Shown here: in pieces, positions 1 to 9,111 of the stretch | Numbering within the stretch: position 1 is the stretch's first letter | Layout: the number at the start of each line of letters is the position of its first letter | Origin: Planctomycetota bacterium | Lineage (GTDB): Bacteria; Planctomycetota; MHYJ01; WSZJ01 | Length of the DNA: 64,000 nucleotides | Assembly (NCBI GenBank): GCA_038060895.1 | Contig: JBBTCT010000034.1 | Location: 56,951 to 120,950, forward strand | Direction: 5' to 3' | Translations under genes and position numbers: made by a program | The notes under the pieces: model-generated | Told to the model about the DNA's origin: nothing | Databases searched by the model: none | Seen by the model: the letters and a program-made list of their open reading frames with translations, nothing else

Positions 1-698
1 CGCGAGCCTGGACGGAGATCGAGGGGATGGTGATGTATGGTCGAAAGTCCGGGATTGTGGACTGGTTCTCCTGTCTGCGATCGGGCGAGGAGTTCGCGGG
101 GATTCCGAGCCAGCAAGAGCTCACCCCTGAGGAGCTTCCGAAGGTCCTGAAGGCGGTGGAACGGGACATCAAGCTCCTTGAAGGAAGCGATCCCCTGCCT
201 CGCTTGCTCGCTTCGTGCGTTTCGGACATCACGCCGCCGCTTCAGCTCACCTGGCGAAGGCTCGAAAGGCTCTGCAGGCGTCTCGAAGCGATGTCCCAGA
301 AGCAGCTGAGGGGCAGGCCCTGGGACCAGGAAGAGCGGCATTTCCTGTTGAACTTCGGGCCCGAGTTGGGCGCGGCGATGCTCTACGAAGGAAATTCCTA
401 CGAACACCCCAACGACGACGCGCCTCGCGTGTCGTCGGTGTACGCTGACCTGCGTGACCCGCGGGCGCCTCGTTACTTCCAGGCGGGAATCGCACGGCCT
501 CGTGCGCTGTACGTCCTCTACCCGTGGAACGGTGAGGAGTGTCTCTGCCGCGGCGTGGTCGTGCCCTACCGCGAATTCGTCGGCCCGAATCGCCTCGGCG
601 ACGCGGAGTGGCGGGCGCTGCTGGACTCGAAGGATGCGCCTCCGTCCCCGTCGTGGATGGAGCCCGTGGTTTCGCCAGAACCGCCCGGGAAGAAATAG
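1..698 (+). CDS. DUF3160-like protein, C-terminal part (5' end outside window)
   Basis: Frame open from position 3. C-terminal pattern GIARPRALYVLYP...LCRGVVVPYREF...RLGDAEWRALL resembles the DUF3160 C-terminus; ends TAG. Confidence 0.65.
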   Translation, partial: RAWTEIEGMVMYGRKSGIVDWFSCLRSGEEFAGIPSQQELTPEELPKVLKAVERDIKLLEGSDPLPRLLASCVSDITPPLQLTWRRLERLCRRLEAMSQKQLRGRPWDQEERHFLLNFGPELGAAMLYEGNSYEHPNDDAPRVSSVYADLRDPRAPRYFQAGIARPRALYVLYPWNGEECLCRGVVVPYREFVGPNRLGDAEWRALLDSKDAPPSPSWMEPVVSPEPPGKK

Positions 699-899
699 CT
701 CGAGTCGCAAGGTCTTGTTCGTGGTCCTGCGCGTCCTGTCCAGATGCCCGCCTCCCGTGCCCCGTTGCACGGGCTCGCCGTTGCGGCGGAAACGGCGGCT
801 TCTAAGTTCGTAACTGTAAGGGCGGTCAAGATCGGCGAGCGATCGTGTACCGTAACGTCGGCTCGTTGACAGGTGCATCCCGTGCTTCGGAGGAAGTCC

Positions 900-2453
900 A
901 TGAACGCGCTTCGCCGGCTCACACTCGCCTCCGCCGTCGCCGTCGCTGTGCTCGCGCCGCTTCCCACATCCGCCTGCCTGGGCGAGTACCGGAGCCTGGA
1001 CTGGATGGTGGGGCACGCCACGCTGATCTTCGTTGGGACGGTGGAATCGGTAGAGAAGGCGCCTTCGGGGCGGGAAGACGCGCGGAGAGGCCCCTCGCAG
1101 GACGGGCCGACAGTGGCGACGGTGAAAATCGTGCGCGTGCTGCATGGCACGGCGCCGGACGCGACGATCCGGCTCCGGTCCGGGCCGGTCGCGTCCTGAG
1201 CACCGGAGGCCATCTACTTCGGTTTCGAAGTCGGTCAGACTTCGATTTTCATCCTGATCGGTTCGACGTCCAGCGGTACGGCAACGCTGTCGCGGGGCGC
1301 CTGCGTGCAGGGCTTGGAAGACCTGGAGGCCTTGCGGTCGCGCATCGTCCGCGCAAAGGCGTGGCGGGCGGAGCACCTCGAGCAACTGCGAAGGACGGAC
1401 CCGAAGCTTTTCGAGGCGGCCGAGGCGCTCAACGCAGAGATGAGGAAGGCAGTAGAAACGGCGCCCTTTCCCGATCCCAGGGATGATGGCTCGTCGTTCG
1501 AGGCTACTCATGAGGCGGTCGAAAAGCTGACGAAGCGCCTCGCCGAAATTGAACCGCAGGTCGCGTTCGAGGCCCTGGCGATGGATTGGCTGGACACGAC
1601 GAAAGGGCACTGGTCCGGTGACGAATACAGTGTTTGGGGAAATGCGGTCAGGGATGCTTTCCGCGACCGCGAGAAAGAAGTAGCGACACTTCAGAAGAAC
1701 GAAGCCGAACGCCTGCTTCTCCGTGCCGGCCTCTCGAAGACCCAGGTCGCGGAGTACATCGCGGCGGTGGACAGCGGCTTCGGAAGATCCCCCGAGTTCC
1801 CCCTTGATCCGCCGAACGGCTACCGACTCGACAAACTTTCGCCGGAGATCGCGACCACGGACTTCATCCTCCGCTGCGAAACGTACGACCGCGGGGCGAT
1901 CTACTTGCTCTACGGCATGTGGGGAGAACGGCTTGCCAAGATCCTCCCCGCGCGCGTCCAGGACCGGATCCCGTCCATGCTCTCCAGCCCGGACGGCGAC
2001 GCGTGGGTCGCGGCGCGTCTGATCGAGGAAGTGAAGGGATTCCACTTCGTCGATGAGGTCCTCCGTCGCCAGGTGGCCGGGGAGAGGCCGGGCGTGTTCC
2101 TCTTCCTCAACGCGGACGACAAGAACTGGAAAACCGATGTCCTCAACGAGATGTTCAAGCGGGCAAGAACCGGGTACTCCCTCTGGGGAAGATCCCGGCT
2201 CTGGGACTCGTTGGGGACAAGCGGGATCGATGACCCCGTGTGCATCGGCGCTGCAATTGCGGATCTCGAGAACGAAGAAAAGGCCGGGAAGCGCACGGAG
2301 GATGAGGAACGCTGGGCCTCCGGGTTTCGCGATTCGCTTCGGCGTTATCTCACCTTCGCCCAGTCCGCCCGAAGCGCACAGGGGGACGCAAAGAAGTCCG
2401 CCGCGGAGTGGAATGAGTGGTTCGAGAAGAATCCGGCTCCGGCGAAAAAGTGA
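900..2453 (+). CDS. Putative exported selenoprotein, 517 aa, with TIMP/NTR-like N-terminal domain; in-frame TGA at 1197-1199 (codon 100)
   Basis: ORFs 873..1199 and 1305..2453 share a frame with a single TGA between them. Readthrough gives RSGPVAS-U-APEAIYFGFEVGQTSIFILIG. Signal peptide ends TSA|C; hairpin at 1225-1245. Confidence 0.7.
1225..1245 (+). promoter_or_regulatory. Candidate bacterial SECIS hairpin
   Basis: TCGAAGTC-GGTCA-GACTTCGA: perfect 8-bp stem, G-starting loop 33 nt after the TGA. An alternative hairpin ACTTCG-GTTT-CGAAGT lies at 1216-1231. Confidence 0.55.
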
Positions 2454-2536
2454 TCGGTCGGGGCGAGGCCAGGACGAAGCGCGGCGTCTTTCACAACCGA
2501 ACCGTCATTGCTTCGGCTGGAAAACGAACCGCGGTT

Positions 2537-2688
2537 GGCTTCACCGCCGACATGGACTACGAGGGCCGGTCGCTCAAGGCCCAGATGCGAAGCGCCAACC
2601 GCGTGAAAGCGCCGTGGGTCGTGATCATCGGCGGGGATGAGCCGTTCGACTCGCTTCGCTCGCTCACTGTGGACTGGCGAAGGGGGTG
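2537..2688 (+). pseudogene. hisS: hisS 3' fragment, copy 1, with 32-nt insertion
   Basis: Translates GFTADMDYEGRSLKAQMRSANRVKAPWVVIIGGDE[insertion]LAKGV, typical of the HisRS anticodon-binding domain. Repeated at 6167 and 8944. Confidence 0.75.
2642..2673. repeat. 32-nt REP-like insertion, copy 1
   Basis: CCGTTCGACTCGCTTCGCTCGCTCACTGTGGA; differs at 2 positions from the copy at 8987-9018. Confidence 0.6.
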
Positions 2689-2763
2689 CTGATGTTGGGC
2701 CGGTGTCGGATACAGTAGTCAGCGACTGGCCGTTCCCCTTCTACACGGTTCTACGCACACACC

Positions 2764-4059
2764 ATGAAAACAATCGGCTTCCTATCCTGCGTCCTCGGCG
2801 TTGCCATGTCGCTCCCGGCATACGCCCAGGGTGCTCCCGTATCAATCCCGATCCGCACAGGAGTGCTTGGCGCCACGGAGCTCGGCTACCAGGGATACGC
2901 CGATGGGATCGAGCATCCCATCGAGGGGCAGAGCTTCGAAGCCTATGGCCACGAAATCACACTCGATCGCAACGGTGCTCAGCCGACCGTGACAGTCGCG
3001 GGCAAGGCCACGAAGATCGCACGATTTCCGTGGATTCTCAAGCTGGGCTCAGGTGGCGAGGCCCGCGCAATCGAGATCGTGAGCCACGGCGAACGCCTGA
3101 TGTGGACCAGCCATTGGGGCGCGACGTTCCAGCTCGACCAGCAGCCGTTCGCCGTCATCGATGCGGACGGCGACGGCGTGCTCTGGGAAATCGGAGAGGA
3201 CGCGATTATCGGTCCCGACAGCTCGACGGCGACCCGCTACACGGGTGGGGCGTGGACCACGAAAGGCGGCTGGACCCTCGCGCCCGATGGCCCCCGGCTC
3301 CGGGCCTCCGCGATCGCGCTGTCATGTCCCCCGGAAATGCACAAGGCCTGGTGCCGATTCAACGTCGAGCGCCAGGCCGCGGGTTGCCAACCGGTCGCCT
3401 GGGACGAGGAGCTCGCGCGCGGTTGCCGCGCCCACGTCGCCTACTTGGCGCGCAACGACGTCCGCGGTCACGACGAAGATCCCAGCAAGCCCGGGTTCAC
3501 CGAGATAGGTCGGACCGCCGCGAAGCAGTCCGTCCTGGGGTATCAATACGCCGACCCGCTCGAGGCGATCATCGAGCAATTTCGCACTGCCTACCACCTC
3601 GAGAATGTCATGAAACCCGGGCTCTTGAGCTCGGCGATGGCGATCCAGGGCACTCACTTCGCCTGCAACACCGAGGGTGGTAAGTCGGAGTCCGTCCAAT
3701 CGGGATCGGTCGCCTGGGTCTGGCCTGCTCACGGCCGCCGCGATGCGTTTCGCGTGTTCAACGCGGGTGGCGAACAACCGATGCCAGTGCCGGGCCACGA
3801 GAAGGATTACCAAATGACCTTGGGGCAGGTCGTGTGCGCCAAGGTGACCCCGGGCAAGTGGGATCTGGTCGTCGAGACCGCCGCGGGCCAGCGCATCGAG
3901 GGCGTGCTGACCTTCCCCGGAAAGGGCATCGCCGGCAAGCCGGACAACGACGAATTGGTGATCCTGGCGCCAGCGGCCTCGCTTCCCGTCGGCATGCTCC
4001 GCGCCACCTTGTCGCGCGACGGGGCGATCGAACGCCGGTGGTGGTTCGCCACGCGTTGA
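2764..4059 (+). CDS. Secreted CAP (SCP-like) domain protein
   Basis: Signal peptide; FNVERQAAGCQPVAWDEELARGCRAHVAYL...GHDEDP...TAYHLENVMKPGL matches a bacterial CAP domain. Confidence 0.8.
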   Translation: MKTIGFLSCVLGVAMSLPAYAQGAPVSIPIRTGVLGATELGYQGYADGIEHPIEGQSFEAYGHEITLDRNGAQPTVTVAGKATKIARFPWILKLGSGGEARAIEIVSHGERLMWTSHWGATFQLDQQPFAVIDADGDGVLWEIGEDAIIGPDSSTATRYTGGAWTTKGGWTLAPDGPRLRASAIALSCPPEMHKAWCRFNVERQAAGCQPVAWDEELARGCRAHVAYLARNDVRGHDEDPSKPGFTEIGRTAAKQSVLGYQYADPLEAIIEQFRTAYHLENVMKPGLLSSAMAIQGTHFACNTEGGKSESVQSGSVAWVWPAHGRRDAFRVFNAGGEQPMPVPGHEKDYQMTLGQVVCAKVTPGKWDLVVETAAGQRIEGVLTFPGKGIAGKPDNDELVILAPAASLPVGMLRATLSRDGAIERRWWFATR

Positions 4060-4219
4060 ACAGCGACGTACAAGAAGCCCCTGTCGAGCACGAAACCATC
4101 CTCTTCCGCATCGTCTACTACGCGTCCTGCGCTTCCTGCTCGTGAAACACCCCGCACCATCCGCTTCCCGCCGCGATACCATTCGCAACGCGTTCGATCC
4201 GGCGTCACAGGGAGGCGGC

Positions 4220-4500
4220 ATGCTCCGGAAGACATGGCTGGCACTTCTCCTCTGCGCGGCCCCGCTCGCGGCCGAGGAGGGCTACGACGCGGGCGACAGC
4301 TGCCCCGACTTTGAGCTCTTCAACACGGACGGCCGCGCCGTCCGGCTCTCCGAATTCCGCGGGCGCGTCGTGGTGCTTCACCTGTTCGCCACGTGGTGAG
4401 GCGGCTGCCAGGCGGGCGGGGCGCCGATCGCGCAGTTCGCGCGGGAGGTGAAGGACGACGGGCGGGTGGCGTTCGTCGAGATCGCGGGCGGGGAGACCCC
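4220..4500 (+). pseudogene. AhpC/TSA-TlpA redoxin with UxxC motif (TGA 4397-4399); apparently truncated, frame continues into the next gene
   Basis: GGAGG RBS, signal peptide, CPDFELFNTDGRAVRLSEFRGRVVVLHLFATW-U-GGC. Redoxin-like sequence stops after VAFVEIAGGETP (~4500). Confidence 0.65.
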
Positions 4501-4518
4501 TTCGTGGTTCGACGCGCC

Positions 4519-4527
4519 TGATATACT
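4519..4527 (+). promoter_or_regulatory. Extended -10 element before ATG 4535
   Basis: TG-A-TATACT, 7 nt upstream of ATG, no Shine-Dalgarno. Confidence 0.55.
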
Positions 4528-4534
4528 TGCACCC

Positions 4535-4849
4535 ATGAAAGCGAATGGCTCCACGCACAAGTCGTCGCCGGCGGCCGAAGTGGCCCGGCTGCGGCGGCTG
4601 ATCGAGCGAGTTGAGAAGAACCTGAGTGCCAAAATCGCACACCTTGAAGAGAAGCTCGAGGCTGGCGCGCGGGGCGGCGCTTCTGCACGGCTCCGCGAAC
4701 GCAACGAGCTACGGGCGCGGGGCGGCGTGGCGCGCCTCCAGTCGGACCTGCGAACGCAGTACGAGATGGGCATCATCGATCGACAGGGCCGCCGGGTCCG
4801 CACGGGCTGGCCGGACAAGAAGCTTGAGCGCGGCTCCGACGTGGTGTGA
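4535..4849 (+). CDS. Small basic helical protein, probable antitoxin partner of the zeta-like gene
   Basis: ATG behind an extended -10; stop overlaps the GTG of the next gene (GTGA). Confidence 0.55.
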   Translation: MKANGSTHKSSPAAEVARLRRLIERVEKNLSAKIAHLEEKLEAGARGGASARLRERNELRARGGVARLQSDLRTQYEMGIIDRQGRRVRTGWPDKKLERGSDVV

Positions 4850-5484
4850 GCGCTTCAGCTCAAAAGCGGCCGCCGGTCATGGACCTCGTGGCGGGACCCC
4901 AGGGGAGCGGCAAATCCACGTTCTTCCCCGTCAGGGAGAGCGGCGTTGCGGCGTTCAACGTCGACGAACACCGCAAGAGCCTGAATCGCGGATCCTCGGA
5001 GAACATTCCCGAACACGTGCTGCGGAGAGCCCTCGCGGACTACGAGGCGTTCATCGAGGGGCACATCCGGGCGAAAGAGAGCTTCTCAATTGAAGTCACC
5101 CTGGGGAAAGACATCACGTTCCAGCAGGCGCGAAAAGCCAAGCGCGCGGGATTCAGCGTGGAAATGACGTTCGTCGCCGCAGAGTTACAGGACTGCCTTG
5201 CGCGCGTAGCCAAACGACTGGAGGCCGGCGGGCACGGAGTTCCGCCCGAGGTCATCACGGCCACGCACGAGGCCAGCATGAAAAACCTGCCCCGCGCCCT
5301 TGCGCAATTCGACGCCGTGGTGGTCTACGAAAATGCCGGGCTCGCGGGGCCGGAAATCGATCCCGCTTCCCTGTTCCCTCGCCTGGTCCTTGAGGCGCAG
5401 TCGGGCCGGGTCACGTTTGTCGCCGAGGGGCCGCCGGAATGGCTGCGGAAGGCATTGGCGGGCAGCCGCTTCGAATTGAAGTAG
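4846..5484 (+). CDS. Zeta-toxin family P-loop protein
   Basis: VAGPQGSGKST Walker A, NVDE, SFSIEVTL, RVAKRLEAGGHGVP motifs. Confidence 0.85.
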   Translation: MSASAQKRPPVMDLVAGPQGSGKSTFFPVRESGVAAFNVDEHRKSLNRGSSENIPEHVLRRALADYEAFIEGHIRAKESFSIEVTLGKDITFQQARKAKRAGFSVEMTFVAAELQDCLARVAKRLEAGGHGVPPEVITATHEASMKNLPRALAQFDAVVVYENAGLAGPEIDPASLFPRLVLEAQSGRVTFVAEGPPEWLRKALAGSRFELK

Positions 5485-5511
5485 ACGCCCGTTCGCGCTT
5501 AACTTGAGCGC

Positions 5512-6162
5512 ATGCCTAAACTCGTGGTCCGCAGTTTCGCCATCTCCCTGGACGGCTTCAGCGCCGCTCCCGGGCAGAGCCAGAAGGAGCCCTTCGGGAA
5601 GAACGGCCTGAGGCTCATGGGGTGGGCCTTCGCCACCAAACACATGACCACCCTGTTCGGCGGCACGGGCGGCGCCGAGGGCATGGACAACGACTTCCTG
5701 GCCCGATCGGACGAGAACATCGGCGCCAGCATCATGGGCCGCCACATGTTCGGCCCGCCCCCCGACGCCAAGGACAAGGAGTCCTGGAAGGGCTGGTGGG
5801 GCGAAAACCCTCCCTACCACCACCCCGTCTTCGTGCTGACCCACGAAAAGAAAGCCCCCCTCCCGATGGAAGGCGGCACTCGCTTCACCTTCGTGAACGA
5901 CGGCATCGAATCCGCCCTGAAACAGGCCCTCGCCGCCGCCCAAGGCAAAGACGTCCGCCTGGCCGGCGGCGCGGCCACCGTCCGCCAATACCTGAAAGCC
6001 GGCCTCATCGACGAGCTCCACCTGGTGCAGGTGCCCCTCCTGTTCGGCCAGGGGGAACGCATCTTTGAAGACCTGGGGGGCGTGGAGAGCCTGTACGAGT
6101 GCGTGGAGTTCACGCCTTCCAGGGCGGTGTCGCACTTGCGGATCGTCAGGAAGGCCAGGTAG
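5512..6162 (+). CDS. Dihydrofolate reductase family (RibD C-terminal-like) protein
   Basis: ISLDGF, IMGRHMFG, PPYHHPVFVLTH, AGGAATVRQYLKAGLIDELHLVQVPLLFGQG. Confidence 0.9.
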   Translation: MPKLVVRSFAISLDGFSAAPGQSQKEPFGKNGLRLMGWAFATKHMTTLFGGTGGAEGMDNDFLARSDENIGASIMGRHMFGPPPDAKDKESWKGWWGENPPYHHPVFVLTHEKKAPLPMEGGTRFTFVNDGIESALKQALAAAQGKDVRLAGGAATVRQYLKAGLIDELHLVQVPLLFGQGERIFEDLGGVESLYECVEFTPSRAVSHLRIVRKAR

Positions 6163-6166
6163 GGAA

Positions 6167-6249
6167 TCACCGCCGACATGGATTACGAGGGAAGATCGCT
6201 CACGGCCCGGATGCGAAACGCCAACCGCGTGAAGGCGCCGTGGGTCGTG
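6167..6249 (+). pseudogene. hisS: hisS 3' fragment, copy 2
   Basis: TADMDYEGRSLTARMRNANRVKAPWVV, starting just after the upstream TAG; several synonymous differences from copy 1. Confidence 0.75.
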
Positions 6250-6281
6250 GAGCCGCGCCGGCGCGGGACATCACGGGCCGC

Positions 6282-6310
6282 TTGACTTCACAAAGCCACA
6301 CAACTATGAT
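6282..6310 (+). promoter_or_regulatory. Sigma70-type promoter of the toxin-antitoxin operon
   Basis: TTGACT-17 nt-TATGAT, followed by GGAGG RBS and ATG 6336. Confidence 0.7.
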
Positions 6311-6335
6311 ATTTGCACTACTTGGAGGACTTCCC

Positions 6336-6608
6336 ATGATCCAGCATGTCTCCCCGCTGCACCTCCGCCAGAAGCTCGGCGACGTCCTGAACCGCGTCGC
6401 GCTTCGGCAGGACGAGTACGTCATCGAGCGCAAGGGGCATCCGCTCGCAGCGCTGGTGTCAGTCGAGAAGATGCGATCCCTCGTGGAGGCGGCGCGGCTG
6501 CACCTGCTGGCGGCGCTTCCGGCGCGCCGCACGAAACTCCCGCAGGCCGCGGCGGACGCGCTTGCGGACGAGGCCAAGCACCGGTCGCGTCCGAGGCGGA
6601 GGAAGTAG
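6336..6608 (+). CDS. Phd/YefM family antitoxin
   Basis: LRQKLGDVLNRVALRQDEYVIERKGHPLAALVSVE; directly upstream of a PIN gene. Confidence 0.85.
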   Translation: MIQHVSPLHLRQKLGDVLNRVALRQDEYVIERKGHPLAALVSVEKMRSLVEAARLHLLAALPARRTKLPQAAADALADEAKHRSRPRRRK

Positions 6609-6611
6609 CCC

Positions 6612-7049
6612 GTGATTCGGGCCGTGCTGGACGCCAACGTCCTGGCGAGCGCGTTCATCCGCCCTCAAGGACATTCCGGGCAGATCCTGCGCCGGTTTCT
6701 CGAGCGGGGTGAATTCGACCTCGTGCTCTCGCGGCCGATCCTGGATGAGCTGGAACGGGTGCTCTTCTACCCGCGCCTTCGCAAGGAGTTGGCCGTGACG
6801 GACGACGAAATCCGGGCGCGCGTCGCCCACCTCGGGGTGCTGGCCGTGCTCGCGGAAGGCGAGGCGGGCGAGAGGATCGTCGAGGCGGATCCCGACGACG
6901 ACAAGTACGTCGCGGCTGCGCTTCATGGGCAGGCGTCCTTCCTCGTCAGCGGCGACCGCCACCTGCTGGACCTCAAGGATTCCCGCGGGGTGCGGATCGT
7001 CAAGCCGAGGGAGTTTCTGGACGTCCTCTCTTCGACGCGCCCGGCCTGA
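6612..7049 (+). CDS. PIN-domain toxin
   Basis: RAVLDANVLASA...DPDDDKYVAAA...LVSGDRHLLDL acidic PIN motifs. Confidence 0.9.
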   Translation: MIRAVLDANVLASAFIRPQGHSGQILRRFLERGEFDLVLSRPILDELERVLFYPRLRKELAVTDDEIRARVAHLGVLAVLAEGEAGERIVEADPDDDKYVAAALHGQASFLVSGDRHLLDLKDSRGVRIVKPREFLDVLSSTRPA

Positions 7050-7211
7050 TTCGCAGGCCCCCGCCACATGCGGAGTTTTGAAACCGCCCGCGCCGCGCGA
7101 CGGTAGAAACCGGCACGCCCGACACGGGGGCCCCATGAAACTCATCGCCGCTCGAACGCGGGCACCGACGTCACGTCGCCCCTCTTCAGGAAGGAGTCCA
7201 GGTCGGCGACG

Positions 7212-8747
7212 CTACTCCAACGGCGGTACGCCCGCCCTGGCGCAAGCCTCGCGCATGGCCTGCAGGTCGCTTCCGAGTTCGGCCGTGTCCTGAAGCTGTT
7301 TCAGCAGTGCCGCTCCCGCGCTCCAGTCGGCGCGAGCCTGTTCCATGAGTCCTTGCCTCAAGCGCAAGAGGGCGCGGCGGCAGAGCGCGAAGCCCTCGGC
7401 GCGCCGATCGGGGACTTCGCGGAGGATGGCGAACGCATGCTCGAAAGCGCGCTCGGCCAGCCCGATCCGCACGGTGTCTGTGTAGATCTTCGCGAGATCT
7501 GTCAGGACGACGCTCTCGGAGCGCCGGTTGCCGACTTCACGATGGATGACCAGCGCCTGCTCAAAGGTGCGTTCGGCCTGCTCGATTCGCCCCGCATCCA
7601 TGTACAGGTTCGCGAGATTGGTCAGCCCGTTTCCCTCATCCCGCCGGTTGCCGACTTCGCGGTCGATGGCCAGCGCCTGCTCGTTGCTGCGCCCGGCCTG
7701 CTCGATCCGCCCGGTCCGCATGTACAGAACCGCAAGATTGCCCAGCGCGATGCCCTGGCCCCGTCTTTCGCCGACGTCGCGGTGGATGGCCAGCGCCTGC
7801 TCGAAGCTGTGCTCGGCCTGCTCGATCCGCCCGGATTCCATGTACAGGAGCGCGAGATTGCCCAGGAGGATGCCCTCGGAGCGCCGGTTGCCGGCTTCGC
7901 GCTGGATGGCAAGCGCCTGCCCGAAGGCGCGTTCGGCCTGTTCCATCCGCCCCGTTTCCATGTAGAGGATCGCCAGATTGCCCAGCACGACGCCGTCGGG
8001 CCGCCGGTCGCCGACTTCGCGGTCGATGGAGAGCGCCTGGTCGTAGCTCCGTTCAGCCTGCTCCATCCGCCCGGTGTCCGCGTACACGCTCGCGAGACTT
8101 CCCAGTGTATGGACCTCTTCCCGCCGGTTGCCGACTTCACGGTGAATGGCAAGGGCCCGGTCAACTTCGCTCTCGGCCTGCTGGAGCCGCCCGGTATGCA
8201 TGTACAGGCTGGCGAGATTGCCAAGGATGGTGCCTTCGAAGCGCCGGTTACCGACCTTGCGCTGGATGGCCAGCGCCTGTTCGTAGATGCGCTCGGCGTG
8301 GGAACTCCTGCCAGAATTGTGCATCACCACACCTGCCCTCCGCATCGCTTCACCACGCGCAGAGCCCTCCAGCAGCGGCGTCAGCGACTCCCAGGCGTCA
8401 ATCGCGGTCTCATTCTGGAAGTGCTTCTCCGCGTGTTCGGCTGCGCGGCGCAGATAGAGCTTTTGCAGTCCACCGCTTTCGGCGGCTTGAGGGCCGCTGA
8501 CGGCCTCGAGCACCTGCCGCGCGTGCGCGGCCAGTTCGTGTGCGATGGCATCCGTGGCATGCGGCTTCATTTTCGGGGGGTCCATGGCGTCCAGCGGCGG
8601 CTGTTCGGATGCCCGGCCGCCGTGAAGCTGCTCGATGATTTCGAACGCCAGCGAATGCAGCCTGGCGCGGTCGCCGGGAAGCTGAAGCTGATACGCGGCA
8701 TCCCTGAGCAACGCATGTCGGAAAAGGTAGGCGGTCTCGGCGTGCAT
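7212..8747 (-). CDS. Tetratricopeptide-repeat protein starting with YLFRHALLRDAAYQLQ
   Basis: About seven 40-aa repeats. Start placed at ATG 8747 (MHAETAYLFRH) by comparison with the paralog starting at 28836. Confidence 0.85.
   Translation of the reverse strand: MHAETAYLFRHALLRDAAYQLQLPGDRARLHSLAFEIIEQLHGGRASEQPPLDAMDPPKMKPHATDAIAHELAAHARQVLEAVSGPQAAESGGLQKLYLRRAAEHAEKHFQNETAIDAWESLTPLLEGSARGEAMRRAGVVMHNSGRSSHAERIYEQALAIQRKVGNRRFEGTILGNLASLYMHTGRLQQAESEVDRALAIHREVGNRREEVHTLGSLASVYADTGRMEQAERSYDQALSIDREVGDRRPDGVVLGNLAILYMETGRMEQAERAFGQALAIQREAGNRRSEGILLGNLALLYMESGRIEQAEHSFEQALAIHRDVGERRGQGIALGNLAVLYMRTGRIEQAGRSNEQALAIDREVGNRRDEGNGLTNLANLYMDAGRIEQAERTFEQALVIHREVGNRRSESVVLTDLAKIYTDTVRIGLAERAFEHAFAILREVPDRRAEGFALCRRALLRLRQGLMEQARADWSAGAALLKQLQDTAELGSDLQAMREACARAGVPPLE
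7460..8290 (-). repeat. 120-bp-period coding tandem repeat (TPR units)
   Basis: GCCGGTTGCCGACTTC-like motif recurs at about 7523, 7643, 7763, 7883, 8003, 8123 and 8243. Confidence 0.9.
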
Positions 8748-8943
8748 GGACTTCCGATTGTCGAGTGACAGATTCCCCTTGTCGATTGCTTCTCCCGGTT
8801 TGCGGTTCGCTGCTGTCCCTGGGTCGCAGCAGCAGGGCGGCTCCTTCACGCCGGCGGTCCCGCGCCTGCGCCGGCGTTTTCGTGCGGAAGAGGATGATCG
8901 CCATCGCGGTCTCGCTCTCGTCCGTCTCATGTCGATTTCGCCT

Positions 8944-9111
8944 CCGCGTGAAGGCGCCGTGGGTCGTGATCACCGGCGGGGATGAGCCGTTCGACTCGCT
9001 ACGCTCGCTCACGGTGGACTGGCGGAGGGGGTGGTGCAGCTGAGGGATATGGGGAAGAGTGAAGAGGTGGAGGTGAAGCCGGGGGAGTTGGCGGTGAGGG
9101 TAAGGTGCTGA
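8944..9111 (+). pseudogene. hisS: hisS 3' fragment, copy 3, including the natural C-terminus; frameshifted by a 32-nt insertion
   Basis: RVKAPWVVITGGDE[8987-9018]LAEGVVQLRDMGKSEEVEVKPGELAVRVRC-stop. Confidence 0.8.
8987..9018. repeat. 32-nt REP-like insertion, copy 2
   Basis: CCGTTCGACTCGCTACGCTCGCTCACGGTGGA at the same hisS position as copy 1. Confidence 0.6.

Noticed and set aside
2417-2692. ORF 2417..2692 (and 8765..9043) as real small proteins
   Set aside because: They are chance frames through the hisS fragments and the 32-nt insertion.
7460-8290. CRISPR array or diversity-generating retroelement
   Set aside because: The 120-bp period is coding TPR sequence with no unique spacers; no cas or reverse transcriptase gene is present.
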